In this document: positions 1 through 10,096 of the stretch, one piece after another
How positions within the stretch are numbered: position 1 is the stretch's first letter
How the letters are laid out: each line of letters opens with the position of its first letter
Assembly (NCBI GenBank): GCA_045106715.1
Contig: JBGCFC010000009.1
Coordinates: 128,001-192,000, forward strand
Direction of reading: 5' to 3'
Length of the DNA stretch: 64,000 nucleotides
From: Sandaracinaceae bacterium
GTDB taxonomy: Bacteria > Myxococcota_A > Polyangia > Polyangiales > Sandaracinaceae
Translations under genes and position numbers: made by a program
The notes under the pieces: generated by a model
The model's database searches: none
What the model was told of the DNA's origin: nothing
Seen by the model: the letters and a program-made list of their open reading frames with translations, nothing else

Positions 1-1422
1 TGCGACTCTTCGAGCGCCGCGACGCTGGCATGTCCCGGCCGAATCCGCGACCCGGAGTCGTTCCAGGTCGCGGGCGACGCCGGTGACTACTACGTCTGGC
101 TTGCGGCCAACAACACCGAGGTCGAGCTCCTCCGCACGGTGGTCACCGTCGAGGAGATCGACCCGGCCGCCGGCGAGACCTGCGCCACCGCCATCCCGAT
201 CACCCCTGGGATGAGCAACCCGATCACCCCGACGGCGAGCACGCGCTACTTCACGCCCAGCTGCGCGGCGGATGACGTCGGCGTCACCTGGTATCGCTAC
301 ACGACGACCGCGGAGCTCAACCTGGTCTCCCTGGTGGGGGCGGCTGCTCCCCTCGCCCTCATCGACGCACTCGACAGCAGCGAGCTCGCCTGCGTGGACA
401 ACGGAAGCGGGGTCGGCGTGCCGCGGCGGGCACCCGTCGGATCCGAGGTTTGCGTCGCGGTACCGAGCAACCCGAGCATCACCGCCATCGCGATCGCCGA
501 GCTGCCTTGGCAGGGCGTCGACGGGGGCTCAATCACCGACCTCGAGATCGGTCGACCCCTCACGGACACGGGGAGCGAGCGCTCGATCACCAACGAGGAG
601 TGGCTCGAGATCACACCCACTCAGATCTACATGGGCGTCGCGCTCAACTCCACGAGCGCGGCCGGCCTCGTGGTCGCCCCCCGCGCCGGCGGCGCGGTCG
701 CTGACTTCGCCGCGCTCGATCGCTACCAGCTCGGCCGGGGCGGCGTCGCGTTTGGAGAGGCCGTGTTCACGATCGACGAGACCAGTGTGTCGTCGCGACC
801 CGAGCGCCTCTTCCGGGTGGTCGATCCCACGGGCGCCTTCGGGGCGACGGCATGGGACACGGGCACGGCGTACGACGACGCGCTCGACATCGACTGCCTC
901 GGACGGATCTCGGGGACGACGGACTTTCTCGCGGTGAGCGACAACGTCAGCTCGGCGCCGACCACGTTCTATCGCGCCTCGTCGACGGCTCCCGGTCCGA
1001 TGACCGTGCTCGGCCAGAGCGCGACCCTCGAGGCGGTCGTCGCGGTCGCTGCCGCCGACCCCTGGATCTTCGTCCTTGCCACGACCGACGCAGAGGGCCG
1101 TTCGGTCTACCGGGTGCCGCTCGCCGACGTCACGGCTCCGCCCGAGCTCCTCGTACCGCCCGACCTGGTGTCGTTCTCGAGCACCAACGGGTCGATCGTC
1201 TACGACGGCACGCGCGACATCCTCTACTTCCGCTCCACCCGCGCCCCGCGCGGTGTGCACGCGGTCTTCGCTGCGACCACCAGCAGCCCCGTGTACGCCG
1301 GCCTCGTCGCCGAGATCGGCGGCAGCTCGGACTTCGGGCTGGCCATCGATGAGTCGGTGCCCTCCCTCGTCCTGTTCGAGACCACATCCGTCAGCACCGG
1401 CAACTTCGTGGAGATCCGATGA
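1..1422 (+). CDS. Modular secreted/surface protein, 5'-truncated by window edge; C-terminal module paralogous to the C-terminus of the next gene
   Basis: Frame 1 is open from nt 1 with no stop before 139, so the gene starts upstream of the window. The motif 'AGDYYVWLA...GETCATAIPITPG...TRYFTPSC...VTWYRY' parallels 'PVYIWLAG...GSSCATAIPISPG...GRYFAPSC...VTWYAF' in the ORF at 1419-5027. The composition is protein-like, in contrast to the R-rich antisense frames. Confidence 0.6.
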   Translation, partial: CDSSSAATLACPGRIRDPESFQVAGDAGDYYVWLAANNTEVELLRTVVTVEEIDPAAGETCATAIPITPGMSNPITPTASTRYFTPSCAADDVGVTWYRYTTTAELNLVSLVGAAAPLALIDALDSSELACVDNGSGVGVPRRAPVGSEVCVAVPSNPSITAIAIAELPWQGVDGGSITDLEIGRPLTDTGSERSITNEEWLEITPTQIYMGVALNSTSAAGLVVAPRAGGAVADFAALDRYQLGRGGVAFGEAVFTIDETSVSSRPERLFRVVDPTGAFGATAWDTGTAYDDALDIDCLGRISGTTDFLAVSDNVSSAPTTFYRASSTAPGPMTVLGQSATLEAVVAVAAADPWIFVLATTDAEGRSVYRVPLADVTAPPELLVPPDLVSFSSTNGSIVYDGTRDILYFRSTRAPRGVHAVFAATTSSPVYAGLVAEIGGSSDFGLAIDESVPSLVLFETTSVSTGNFVEIR

Positions 1423-4400
1423 TGCGCCGTCCAACCCTGCGCCTTCCAACCCCGCGCCGTCCAACCCTGCGCTCTGCGACCCTGCGCCATCCGCGCCTTC
1501 TCCTCGCTGTGTGTTTCATGACGGGCCTCGGGATGGTTGCCTGCGATGGCGAGACTCCCGATCCGGATGGAGGGGACCTCACTCCTGACGCCGGGCCGGC
1601 TCCCGACCGCACCCGCCCGACGCTGCTCTCGACCTCTCCGGCCGAAGGCGCCAGCGGCGTGGCCCGCGCGACCGTGTTCGAGGCGACCTTCTCGGAGGCG
1701 GTGGTCGCCGGGACGGTCCGAGTCGCGGTGGAGGGCGAGGACCTCGTCCTCGACCCCGAGGTCGATGGTGCGAGGCTCCGGATCTTCCTTACTGACGGGT
1801 GGCCGCCGTCCAGCGAGGTCGAGGTCCGGATCGACGACGACCTCACGGACCTCGCTGGCAACCGGCTCGACCGACCGGCCGTGGTGCGCTTCACGACCGC
1901 CGACGACGTCGCGCCGGAGGTCGTCGCCACCACGCCCGGCGAAGGCGGCGACGACATCTCCGCGCGGCTTACCGCGATCCGGGTGCGATTCAGCGAGCCC
2001 ATGGATCAGGCCGCCGGCACCCTGACCCTCGAAGGTGGGAGCGCAGCGCTGGTCGATGAAGACCCCGTCTGGTCCGCGAGCGAAGTGGTCGTCGGGGTGA
2101 CCGGGCTGACCAACGACACTGCCTACCGCTTGGTGCTCGCCGGCTTTCAAGACCGCGACGGCAACCCTTTCGACCCCGCACCTGTGCTCGAGGACGGCGC
2201 GCTCGACTTCACGACCCGGCCGGACGACGAAGCGCCCCAGCTCGTCGCCTCCACTCCCAACGAGGGGCAGGTCGACGTGTTGGTCGAGAGCCTCGCCGGG
2301 AGCATCACCCTCGAGTTCGACGAGGCGATGGACACCTCGATCGTCTCGGCGCCCCTCTCCGTCGGCGGCGGCGCCGATCAAGATGTCGTGGTCACCTGGG
2401 ACGACGCGCTGCACGCGCGTGTGGCCATCTCCGGGGTCACGCAGACCGAGGCGACGCACGCCCTCGACCTCACGGGAATGCGGGATGCCGCAGGGAACGC
2501 GCTGGCGCCCGGTCCGGGTCTCGGCGACGGGGTGCTCGACTTCACCACGGGGGTCGACCTCTTCGTGCCCTATGTCGCCGCCAGCTCGCCGGTCGAGGGC
2601 GCGACCGACGCGCCTCTTCCCTTCGCCGGCGTGGAGCTCGCCTTCAGCGAGGCGATGGACACGGCGCTCGCTGAGGTCACCCTCACCGACGACCTCGGGC
2701 GAACGAGCATGGCCATCGGGACGTGGGGCGCCGGTGGGACGGTCCTCGCGATCGACGCTGGAGCCTTCGTCTCCGGTCGCACCTACCAGGTGGGCCTGAG
2801 CGGACTGGCGGACTTGTCGGGGACGAGCGTCTCGACCGCCGACGAGTACCTCGTCGATGGGGTGCTCGACTTCTCGATCGCGCGCCCGACGGGCGAGTCG
2901 TGCGCGACCCCGCTCCTCATCGAGCACGCGGACAGCGTGGCGGCGGGGCGTGCGCTGTTCGAGATCACGCGGGAGCAGCGCACCCGCAACAACGGCAGCG
3001 GCGTCTGCGACCCCAACGGGATCGCGGAGACCGACGCCGTCATCCTGTATCGGAAGACGACCCCCGCACTGGGCTCCCCCGGCGGCGCGGCGCTGCGCGT
3101 GATGACCTTCGATGTGTCGAACCGGGTCAACGTCGATGTCCTTTCGGGCGTTTGCGATCCGCGCGACGCGACGGCCGCCGCGGCGAGGCAAGTCTGCATG
3201 ACGGGCCACGACACCGTGGACCAACTCCTCGACGTGCCGGCGGGGGACTACTACCTGTGGTTCTCCACCGCCGACGGCTCTCCCTTCGACATCGACGTCG
3301 GCATCGAGGAAGTCGAGTCGATCCCGGAGGGTGAGGCTTGCGGCGACCCCTACGACACGAGCAGCGCGTCCTACACCGCGCCCGGCGGACCGGACGAGCC
3401 GCACGTGTGGGACCTCCCCGCAGCCACGAACAACTCGCTCGACATCTCCCGGAGCAATCTGCCCGGTGCAGCGATCTCCTGCGACAACGAGCCCTTCGGC
3501 GATGTGGTCATCCAGTTCGACAAGGCCGCGGCCGACACCGTGCTGGACGTGCAGCTGCTCGGCGCCTCCGGCGGCTTCGCGATGGAGATCCTCCACGGGG
3601 CGTGTCGCGCCGACGCGGGGGGCGTGAGCGCGGCTTGCGACAGCTTCATCGGCTCGGCCAACCCCGAGCGCTTCAGCGCCGCCGCGCCCGCGGGCCCCGT
3701 CTACATCTGGCTGGCCGGCACGAGCAGCAGTTCGTTCTTCCGCGGCGCACGCGTCGAGGTCCGCGAGCTCCCCGCGCCCGCGACCGCAGGCTCGAGCTGC
3801 GCGACCGCCATCCCCATCAGCCCGGGCAGCAGCGTGGCCGTCACGCCCACCCATCCGGGCCGCTACTTCGCTCCGAGCTGCCTTCCGGCGGGCTCCGATG
3901 TGACCTGGTATGCCTTCGACACGACCGAGGGGATCACCCAGGTGCGCACCGTTGGCGAAGGGGTCACCGCCCTGATCAATGCGGCGAGCGGCGCTGAGAG
4001 CGGGTGCCTGGACGATGCGACCACCGAGCCGCTCGCCCGCTTCGCGCCCGTCGGCACGCGTCTCTGCGTTGCCGTGGAGTCGAGCTCTGGCGTCACCGGC
4101 CTCGATATCGCGTCGATCGCGTACGACGGACCGGGGCTCTCGCCCCCGACTCGGCTCGACATCGCCCCGCCGAACCTCGAGGGGTCGCTGTTCGCCGGGT
4201 TCCCGATCACGGGTGACGACTGGCTCGCCGCGACGCCGACCACGCTCTATCAGAACATGGGCACGGCCGGCTTGATCCAGGCGCCCGTCGCGGGCGGCAC
4301 GCGCGCGTCCATCCGCTTCGACGTGGACGGCCGCACGATGGGACGCAGCGCCCTCGCCATCGGGGAAGCGCTCTACTCGCTCGAGCAGAGCTCGAGCGGG

Positions 4401-5027
4401 TCGCGATTCTTCCGGTTTACGAACGACGCGGGAGTCTGGGACCCCGAGATCATGGACCCGGGCGCGGACTACCCCGAGCACACGTATGGGCTCGCGCACG
4501 ACGGAGACGCGTTCTTCACCATCGTGCGCGAGGGCAGCTCCTCGGCGACGCGGGATTTCCCCATCTACCAGCTGGCCACGACGAGCCCCGCGGCGCCGGT
4601 CGTGGTGGGGCGAGTCGACACCATCTACCAGACGGCGGGCTTGGCCGTGACGCCGAGCCACTTCTTCATGTCGGGTGCGACCTCGTCGTCCTCCTCGACG
4701 CGCGGCATCTACCGGGTGGCGCGCGCGGCGCTCGCGGCCGACACGATCACCACGCCCGAGCTGATCCTGCCTCTCTCCACGCTGGGGACGCTCGGCACAC
4801 CGATGCGGGTGTACACGTCTCCGACGCAGACCTACCTGTACCTGCGCGACAGCCAAGGTTCGATCCACGTGATCGGCGACCCGGACGGGGCGGCCCGCTA
4901 CTTGGGGGTCGTCATCGACACGAGCAACACCGACTACGCCTTCGACATCGAGCCCACCAGCGGCGCGCTGTACCTCTTCGGAACACAGGAAGACTTCGAG
5001 GGCGACTGGTACCGCCTCGATCGGTGA
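1419..5027 (+). CDS. Giant lipoprotein / surface protein with bacterial Ig-like (SbsA/Big_5-like) domains and repeated roughly 130-aa Cys-containing modules
   Basis: ATG at 1419 overlaps the stop of the upstream gene (ATGATG/TGA). The N-terminus reads 'RHPRLLLAVCFMTGLGMVAC', a lipoprotein-type signal with lipobox. There are several 'RFSEPMD...GTLTLEG' / 'TLEFDEAMDTS' / 'ELAFSEAMDTA' Ig-like repeats. Three modules are each delimited by 'GE[SAT]C..' and 'DYY[LV]W'. Confidence 0.7.
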   Translation: MMRRPTLRLPTPRRPTLRSATLRHPRLLLAVCFMTGLGMVACDGETPDPDGGDLTPDAGPAPDRTRPTLLSTSPAEGASGVARATVFEATFSEAVVAGTVRVAVEGEDLVLDPEVDGARLRIFLTDGWPPSSEVEVRIDDDLTDLAGNRLDRPAVVRFTTADDVAPEVVATTPGEGGDDISARLTAIRVRFSEPMDQAAGTLTLEGGSAALVDEDPVWSASEVVVGVTGLTNDTAYRLVLAGFQDRDGNPFDPAPVLEDGALDFTTRPDDEAPQLVASTPNEGQVDVLVESLAGSITLEFDEAMDTSIVSAPLSVGGGADQDVVVTWDDALHARVAISGVTQTEATHALDLTGMRDAAGNALAPGPGLGDGVLDFTTGVDLFVPYVAASSPVEGATDAPLPFAGVELAFSEAMDTALAEVTLTDDLGRTSMAIGTWGAGGTVLAIDAGAFVSGRTYQVGLSGLADLSGTSVSTADEYLVDGVLDFSIARPTGESCATPLLIEHADSVAAGRALFEITREQRTRNNGSGVCDPNGIAETDAVILYRKTTPALGSPGGAALRVMTFDVSNRVNVDVLSGVCDPRDATAAAARQVCMTGHDTVDQLLDVPAGDYYLWFSTADGSPFDIDVGIEEVESIPEGEACGDPYDTSSASYTAPGGPDEPHVWDLPAATNNSLDISRSNLPGAAISCDNEPFGDVVIQFDKAAADTVLDVQLLGASGGFAMEILHGACRADAGGVSAACDSFIGSANPERFSAAAPAGPVYIWLAGTSSSSFFRGARVEVRELPAPATAGSSCATAIPISPGSSVAVTPTHPGRYFAPSCLPAGSDVTWYAFDTTEGITQVRTVGEGVTALINAASGAESGCLDDATTEPLARFAPVGTRLCVAVESSSGVTGLDIASIAYDGPGLSPPTRLDIAPPNLEGSLFAGFPITGDDWLAATPTTLYQNMGTAGLIQAPVAGGTRASIRFDVDGRTMGRSALAIGEALYSLEQSSSGSRFFRFTNDAGVWDPEIMDPGADYPEHTYGLAHDGDAFFTIVREGSSSATRDFPIYQLATTSPAAPVVVGRVDTIYQTAGLAVTPSHFFMSGATSSSSSTRGIYRVARAALAADTITTPELILPLSTLGTLGTPMRVYTSPTQTYLYLRDSQGSIHVIGDPDGAARYLGVVIDTSNTDYAFDIEPTSGALYLFGTQEDFEGDWYRLDR
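1426..1500. repeat. Five imperfect 15-bp direct tandem repeats (gcgccgtccaaccct-like) at the junction of the two surface-protein genes
   Basis: The units are gcgccgtccaaccct / gcgccttccaacccc / gcgccgtccaaccct / gcgctctgcgaccct / gcgccatccgcgcct. In the downstream gene's frame they encode the R/P/T-rich stretch 'RRPTLRLPTPRRPTLRSATLRHP'. Confidence 0.8.
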
Positions 5028-5099
5028 ACGCCTCGACCACGGTGCTCCCGCGGATCGGCGTCGCGCTCGTGTCTCTCGCGCTCCTCGGCTGCGACCGGG

Positions 5100-8000
5100 T
5101 CAGCGCGCGGGCCGCACGACGGCCCGCACGCGCCAGACGAGCCCGAAGAAGCACGGGACGACAAACAAGGTCAGAAGCGTCGACAAGGTCAGCCCGCCGA
5201 GCACGACCGCCCCAACCCCGCGATACAGCTCGGAGCCCGCGCCCGGCAGCAGCACCATCGGCATCAGCCCGGCCAAGGAGGTCAGCGTCGTCATGAAGAT
5301 GGGACGCACCCGCCGCTCGACCGCTTCACGGATGGCGTCCCCAAGAACATCGCCCTCCCGGAGCCTGGCGATCGCGCCGTCCACCACGAGGATGGCGTTG
5401 TTGACGACCACGCCGATCAGGATGAGGAATCCGAGTGCCGTCATCAGGTCGAGTGGCTGCGGCGCGATCAGCGTGTCGACGAGCCGGAGGCCGATGACCC
5501 CTCCAGCGGCGGCGAGCGGAAGCGTGGAGAGCACGACGACCGGCGCGAGGAAGTCCTCGAAGAGCGCGCTCATGAGCAGGTAGCTGATGATCAAGGCGAG
5601 CAGCAGCACCGCGAGGAACTGCCCCTTGGCGACCTCGAGGTCCCCCGCTGCGCCGGCGATGTCGACCTCGACCCCGCGGCCGATGGCGCCTTCCTCACGG
5701 AGCGGGGCGAGCACGTCGTTGCGCACGATCGCGAGCGCGTCCTCGAGCGCGATGTCGTCCGGCGGAGCGATGCGCAGGGTGATGGCGCGCCGGCGCTCGA
5801 TGCGCTGAATGACGGTGGGCCCGAGTTCCTCGGACAATGTCCCGAGCGCCGCGAGGGGTACCACGACGCCCTCCGACACAGCGACCGGCGCGCTCCGCAG
5901 CGACTCCGGATCCGAGACGCGGCTGCCGTCTGCGCGCACGGCGCGAAGGAGCACATCGAGCTCCGGGCTGCCCTCAGGGCCCAGCTCGCCGATGGTTGCG
6001 CCGTCCACGTAGGCGTCGACCGTCAGGCCGAGCGCCGCCGTGCTCACGCCGAGCCCCGCCGCCTCGGCGCGCCGCGGCCGGATGCGGAGCTCGGGCGCCC
6101 CGGGATCGAGAGACGGAACGGGGCGGACCTGCGCGCCGGGCAGCGCCTCACGGAGGGCGCCGAACATCCGGCCGCCGAGCTGGGTGAGCGTGCCGAGGTC
6201 ACTCCCGGAGAGGTTCACCTCGATGCTCCGGCTGCCTCCCGCGCGTCCGAACAGCGACGCTTGGGTCGCGAACGAGATGAACCCGGGGATCTGGCCTTGA
6301 ACACCCCGAAGGTAGCCGAGCATGCCCGTGACCTGGCTCGGGTCCTCGGCGGTCGCTCCGGCGAAGATGCGCTGCGGGCTGCCGACGAAGAAGCTCCGCC
6401 CGATCGCAGGCGCCCCGTCGACTGCGCGTCCCGTGTGCGCGGTCACTTCGGACTGTACCTGGCGACCGACTCGCTCGAGCTCCACGACGGCCGTGCCCGG
6501 CGGCGGGACCAAGATCCCGAAGACGAGGTTTCGGTTGCCCTTCGGCAGGTACTCGAGCGGGGGCAGGAGGGCGAGCGCCGCGGCGGAGCAGACCGAGGTC
6601 GCGAGCCCAACCGTCACTAGACTCCGCGGCACCGACCGGCTCAGCCACGCGACCGCGCCGCCGACCTTGCGACGCACTGCGGAGACGGCCGTCTTCTGGG
6701 CGGGCTTCGTGCGGAGCACGCGACTGGCGAGTCCGGGGATGACCCAGACCGAGACGACGAGCGAGGTCACGACCGCAAAGCTGATCGCGATGGCCACGTC
6801 ACGGAGGAGCTGGCCGACTTCGCCCTGCCAGGCGATCACGGGCACGAACACCGCGGCGGTGGTCGCGGTCGACGCGAGCAGCGCGCCCCACACGTCACGG
6901 ATCCCGCGGTAGGCGGCCTCCTTTGGATCGTCGACGCGCTGCCGCCAGGTGTCGATGCTCTCGAGGCTCACGATCGAGTTGTCGAGCACCATCCCGATCG
7001 CGAACGTGATGCCCGCCAGCGAGACCACGTTCACGGAGCGCCCCAGCGCGGTCATGCCGAGCGCCGTGCCGAACACGGAGACAGGGATGGCCACGCTCAC
7101 GATCGCGCTGGCCCCGAAGCTCCGAAGAAAGAGGAACAAGACCACGATGGCCAGCACCGCGCCGAGCAGGAGGTTCTGCTGCACGAGGTCGAGCGCGCCC
7201 TGGATGTACGCGACCTGATCGCTCAGCACCTCGAACTCGAGGCCCTCGGGCTGGAATCGGCTCTCGTTCAGCACCTCGACGCGCCGACGGATGTTCTCGG
7301 TGACCTCGAGTACGTTGGTGCCGGCCTCGCGCGAGAGCAGCAGCACCATCGAGGGCCGGTCGTCGCTCATCGCCACGCCGCTCGGGTCGCGAAGCCCGAG
7401 CCGCGCGGTCGCTACGTCGCCGAGTAGGATCGGCGTTCCGTCCTCTCCCGCGCCGAGCACGATCCGCTCGAGCGCGGACGGCTCCGGGTCCACCGCCATC
7501 GTGCGCACCAGCAGGCGCCGCCGTCCGAGCGTCACGTCGCCGGCGGAGACGTCGCGCAGCTCGTCGCGTACCCGCGCGGCCAAGGTCGGCACGCTCAGGC
7601 CGCGGGCGGCCAAGGCGCGCGGATCGAACTCGATGGCGTAGACCTGGTCTTGCCCGCCGATGTGGTTGATGTCGCCGACGCCCTCGACCCGACTGAGCTC
7701 CGGGAGGATCTCCTGTTCGAGCCAGGTCCGGTACGCGGCCACCGGGGCGCCGGTCTGGCTTCGCACCGCGATCACCGCGAGCGGCGGCCCCGCGCTGTCC
7801 GACGTCTCGACGGAGGGCTCGTTGGCGGCCTCCGGGTAGCCCGAGACTTGGGTGAGCCGGTTGGTCACGCGGACCAGAGCCTGCTCGATGTCGGCACCGA
7901 CCTCGAACTCCAGCGTGAGCGACGCCGAGCCCGGGTTGGCGGTGCTGCGCATCTCGACGAGACCCGGCACGTCCTCGAGCGCGTCCTCTTGTGGCTCGAG

Positions 8001-8204
8001 GATCTCGCTCTCGATCTCGGTGGGCGACGCGCCGATCCAGCGCGTGCGTACGGTGAGCGTCGGGCTGCTGAGGTCGGGGGTGAGCTGGATGGGCAGGTCG
8101 AAGACGGCGAGTGCGCCGAAGAGCACGAGGAGGATGGCGCTCACCATCACGGTCACCGGGCGCTCCACCGCCACCCGGAGGAGCCCCGCGCGCGGCTCGC
8201 TCAT
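5100..8204 (-). CDS. RND family efflux transporter permease (AcrB/HAE1-like)
   Basis: It is 1034 aa. The N-terminus 'VERPVTVMVSAILLVLFGALAVFDLPIQLTPDLSSPTLTVRTRWIGASPTEIESEILEPQEDAL' is the canonical AcrB start. There are 12 TM-like stretches. Its start overlaps the upstream adaptor gene by 4 nt (8201-8204). Confidence 0.9.
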   Translation of the reverse strand: MSEPRAGLLRVAVERPVTVMVSAILLVLFGALAVFDLPIQLTPDLSSPTLTVRTRWIGASPTEIESEILEPQEDALEDVPGLVEMRSTANPGSASLTLEFEVGADIEQALVRVTNRLTQVSGYPEAANEPSVETSDSAGPPLAVIAVRSQTGAPVAAYRTWLEQEILPELSRVEGVGDINHIGGQDQVYAIEFDPRALAARGLSVPTLAARVRDELRDVSAGDVTLGRRRLLVRTMAVDPEPSALERIVLGAGEDGTPILLGDVATARLGLRDPSGVAMSDDRPSMVLLLSREAGTNVLEVTENIRRRVEVLNESRFQPEGLEFEVLSDQVAYIQGALDLVQQNLLLGAVLAIVVLFLFLRSFGASAIVSVAIPVSVFGTALGMTALGRSVNVVSLAGITFAIGMVLDNSIVSLESIDTWRQRVDDPKEAAYRGIRDVWGALLASTATTAAVFVPVIAWQGEVGQLLRDVAIAISFAVVTSLVVSVWVIPGLASRVLRTKPAQKTAVSAVRRKVGGAVAWLSRSVPRSLVTVGLATSVCSAAALALLPPLEYLPKGNRNLVFGILVPPPGTAVVELERVGRQVQSEVTAHTGRAVDGAPAIGRSFFVGSPQRIFAGATAEDPSQVTGMLGYLRGVQGQIPGFISFATQASLFGRAGGSRSIEVNLSGSDLGTLTQLGGRMFGALREALPGAQVRPVPSLDPGAPELRIRPRRAEAAGLGVSTAALGLTVDAYVDGATIGELGPEGSPELDVLLRAVRADGSRVSDPESLRSAPVAVSEGVVVPLAALGTLSEELGPTVIQRIERRRAITLRIAPPDDIALEDALAIVRNDVLAPLREEGAIGRGVEVDIAGAAGDLEVAKGQFLAVLLLALIISYLLMSALFEDFLAPVVVLSTLPLAAAGGVIGLRLVDTLIAPQPLDLMTALGFLILIGVVVNNAILVVDGAIARLREGDVLGDAIREAVERRVRPIFMTTLTSLAGLMPMVLLPGAGSELYRGVGAVVLGGLTLSTLLTLFVVPCFFGLVWRVRAVVRPAR

Positions 8205-9319
8205 CGGGGCGTGGTCTCTTCTCCGGACGCCGGCGTGATCTGGACGGACTGGCCGGGCCGAAGGCGCTCGTTTCCGCGCACGACGATCTGGTCGGAGGGG
8301 CTCAGCGCGTCGTCGTCTCCTTGCCCTTCCGCGACGACCCGCACTTCGTCGACGCCCCGCGCGAGCACGGTCACTGTGATCGGCTCGGCGGCGCCATCCC
8401 GCACGCGGAACAGTCGGGTCTCCGCAACCCCCGGCACCAGCGCGTCGCGCGGCACGACCAGCCCTTCACCGTCCCGCGAGAGCGTGATGCGCACGTCCAC
8501 GGCTTCCCCGGGCAGCAGCCATGTCGCATCGCCGGTCGGTCGTAGCCTCAGCTGGCCGGTGCGGGTCGCTGGGTCGAGCGCGCGCACGACGCCGGCGACG
8601 GATGCGCTCGCTTCGTGTTCGCCGTTCGAGAGGGTGGCCGACTGGCCGACCTCGACGTCCGCGAGGGCCCGTGGCTCGACGCGAACGAAGACCTCGGTCC
8701 GGTCTTCGACGACCAGATCGAGCAACGGTGTGCCCGCCGCGACCCATGCGCCCGGGTCCACGCGCCGCGCGCTCACCACGCCGTCGAACGGCGCCACTAC
8801 ACGGGCGCGCTGAAGGGTCTGCCGAGCGCGGGACAGCTCCGCACGCGCACGGTCTCGCGCCGCGGACAGCGCCCCGGCTTGGCTGCGCGCGCGCTCGATC
8901 TCCACCTCGGCCACCGTTCGCGCGCCGGCCTCGTCGAAACGCTCCGCGTCGTTGGCCGCCTGGTCTGCCTCGGCCTGGGAACGCGCCGCGTTCGCGCGGG
9001 CGGCGGAGACGTCGGCCGCCGCCAGGTCCCCGTCGATGCGGACGAGCAGCTGGCCCTCGGTGACCCGGTCGCCGACGCGCACCTCGACCGCCTGCACCCG
9101 CCCTGCGAGCTCCGCGGCGAGCTGGGCCTGCGCCACCGAACGGACCGAGCCGAGGTACACATGCTCGACCTCCAGCACGCCTGTTCGCCCCGACTGAACC
9201 TCGACCCGGGCGGGCGGGCGTTCGCGCGGGGACTCCGCCTCCGCTTCTCCGCCGCAGCCGAGTAGACCGCAGCCCCATAGGCAGAGCAGCCCGAGGAGGG
9301 GCCGCGCGAACCGAGGCAT
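8201..9319 (-). CDS. RND efflux periplasmic adaptor (membrane fusion protein, HlyD family) lipoprotein
   Basis: The likely start is the M of 'MPRFARPLLGLLCLWGCGLLGCGGE', a signal peptide with lipobox. It has coiled-coil and beta-barrel MFP features ('VVAPFDGVVSARRVDPGAWVAAGTPLLDLV'). It is translationally coupled to the RND pump. Confidence 0.85.
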   Translation of the reverse strand: MPRFARPLLGLLCLWGCGLLGCGGEAEAESPRERPPARVEVQSGRTGVLEVEHVYLGSVRSVAQAQLAAELAGRVQAVEVRVGDRVTEGQLLVRIDGDLAAADVSAARANAARSQAEADQAANDAERFDEAGARTVAEVEIERARSQAGALSAARDRARAELSRARQTLQRARVVAPFDGVVSARRVDPGAWVAAGTPLLDLVVEDRTEVFVRVEPRALADVEVGQSATLSNGEHEASASVAGVVRALDPATRTGQLRLRPTGDATWLLPGEAVDVRITLSRDGEGLVVPRDALVPGVAETRLFRVRDGAAEPITVTVLARGVDEVRVVAEGQGDDDALSPSDQIVVRGNERLRPGQSVQITPASGEETTPR

Positions 9320-9473
9320 GGGAGGACGGCCCACGGCCCCGGTTTGGGGCGCCCCTCGGCGGCTGGCAAGCAGCCGGTCGAAATGCGCCGCAGACATGCA
9401 GGCGGCGCTTGCGCACAGGGTGGCGTTTTCGAGATGCGCGTGGGGCGCGCTTCGTGCCACGTTTGCGCCGTTG

Positions 9474-10064
9474 ATGGCGAACGGCGGCGACCGGCTTCTC
9501 TACGGGGGCCTTCTCGGAATCGCGCTCTTGGCGGGCGGCGTGGCGGCGGCGACGCACGGCTCCTCGGCGCCGGTGGCCGAGACGAGCTCGTCTGTGCCGA
9601 CGCACCGCACCCCGGAGACGAGCGACGCGGTCGGGGGCCTCGAGATCGCGGATGCTCCGCGCGCGCCGGCGGACCTGGACCCCGACTTCCGGCCCGACCT
9701 GCCTACGGTGCCCGACCTCGCGACTCAGCCTCCGCCGCCGCGCCCTCCGCCCCGGGACGACCCGCGCATGCAGCAGCTGGGCGCTGAGATGCGCTACCTC
9801 GCGCGCGCCCGCGACCTCGTCACGGAGCATCCCTCGGAGGCGCTCGGGGTGCTGCGCGATCATCGCCAGGAGTATCCGCAAGGTGTGCTGCGTGAGGAGC
9901 GCGAGGCCTACACCGTCGAGGCGCTCGTCCTGCTCGAGCATGTGGCCGAAGCGGAGCGTCGTTACTACGAGTTCCGGCGTGATTTCCCCGAGTCGGACTT
10001 CACCGAGCGGCTGCAAGAGATGATGCAGCGGCCACCGCACGAGGTCGGCGCGGGCGGCCGCTGA
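9474..10064 (+). CDS. Hypothetical membrane-anchored protein with a Pro-rich segment
   Basis: The start is chosen at 'MANGGDRLLYGGLLGIALLAGGVAAATHG', which contains a TM helix. The segment upstream of that in the ORF is R-rich and unlikely to be coding. The C-terminal part is 'EAYTVEALVLLEHVAEAERRYYEFRRDF'. Confidence 0.4.
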   Translation: MANGGDRLLYGGLLGIALLAGGVAAATHGSSAPVAETSSSVPTHRTPETSDAVGGLEIADAPRAPADLDPDFRPDLPTVPDLATQPPPPRPPPRDDPRMQQLGAEMRYLARARDLVTEHPSEALGVLRDHRQEYPQGVLREEREAYTVEALVLLEHVAEAERRYYEFRRDFPESDFTERLQEMMQRPPHEVGAGGR

Positions 10065-10096
10065 CACGGTACGATCGGGCACCGGGAGGACACACG

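Noticed and set aside
1224-4868. 1214-aa ORF on the minus strand across the surface-protein gene
   Set aside because: It is antisense to a clearly protein-like plus-strand gene. The translation is extremely R/G/A/D-rich ('GRRGRTRHEE...'), which is typical of spurious ORFs in 70%-GC DNA.
8466-10082. 538-aa minus-strand ORF overlapping the MFP gene and the downstream region
   Set aside because: It is Arg/Gly/Pro-rich nonsense ('RRGARRAGAGGRGARRRPGHRG') and is antisense/offset to the well-supported adaptor and membrane-protein genes.
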